From positions 5,394,001 through 5,458,000 of the forward strand of contig NC_092671.1 of NCBI RefSeq assembly GCF_964355755.1: DNA of 64,000 bases, in the 5' to 3' direction. The notes below the pieces were generated by a model, which saw only the letters and a program-made list of their open reading frames with translations, was not told where the DNA came from and did not search any database. This DNA comes from Antedon mediterranea. Lineage: Eukaryota > Animalia > Echinodermata. Numbering within the stretch: the first letter of the stretch is position 1; every line of letters starts with the position of its first letter. Shown here piece by piece: positions 63,727 through 64,000 of this stretch. A program made the position numbers and the translations under genes.

Positions 63727-63887
63727 CTGTAAAGAATTTGAAACTAGTCTACCAATAAGGTTGTTCCATCACCAATCACTATTCTTACCGATATTTTTTT
63801 TTATCCCACCATTATTTTTTGACTAGCCTTTTTGTGAACAGCATTTTCAAACTTGTTTATTGTATGTTGATTAATAACAATTCTTAC

Positions 63888-64000
63888 TCTATGTCCGTGA
63901 AATTTCTCGATGATCATATTTTCCTGTATAGATTGCATAGCGTCCTTAATTCTTTCTTTTTCGTAGTCCATTCCGCCGGCCTTTGCTTCGCGGTCAGCTT
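63888..64000 (-). CDS. Exon of an unidentified minus-strand gene (runs off the window)
   Basis: Reverse strand is open: ADREAKAGGMDYEKERIKDAMQSIQENMIIEKFHGHR, ending in donor gtaaga (phase 0). Confidence 0.8.

Overview
This is AT-rich, intron-containing animal genomic DNA, probably from an invertebrate deuterostome (inferred from the vertebrate-like APC architecture and the SINE types). Three genes are visible. (1) The last three coding exons of SLC35B1 lie at 372-1331 (+). (2) A complete-looking APC (adenomatous polyposis coli) gene runs 15204-60836 (+). I reconstruct 11 coding exons with consistent phases, 9279 nt or about 3092 aa, plus a probable non-coding first exon ending at 2930. (3) The 3' exons of an unidentified gene lie on the minus strand at 63349-64000 and are missed by the ORF track. 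The introns hold many non-autonomous DNA transposons (Harbinger/Tourist-like with TWA target-site duplications (TSDs), Tc1/mariner-pogo-like with TA TSDs), SINEs and tandem duplications. The most striking observations are: four tiny CA...TG palindromes with 7-bp TSDs, two of which match P-element 17-nt-overhang excision footprints; apparent saturation of non-coding DNA with TA-NNN-TA footprint-like heptamers; a tandem dimer of a 314-bp element with an 80-bp-arm hairpin, plus a copy lacking the hairpin; and APC peculiarities (all SAMP repeats read SAIP, a MARCKS-like basic/Phe motif, a TQT motif, and no recognisable N-terminal dimerisation coil). All calls are by eye; no database searches were run.
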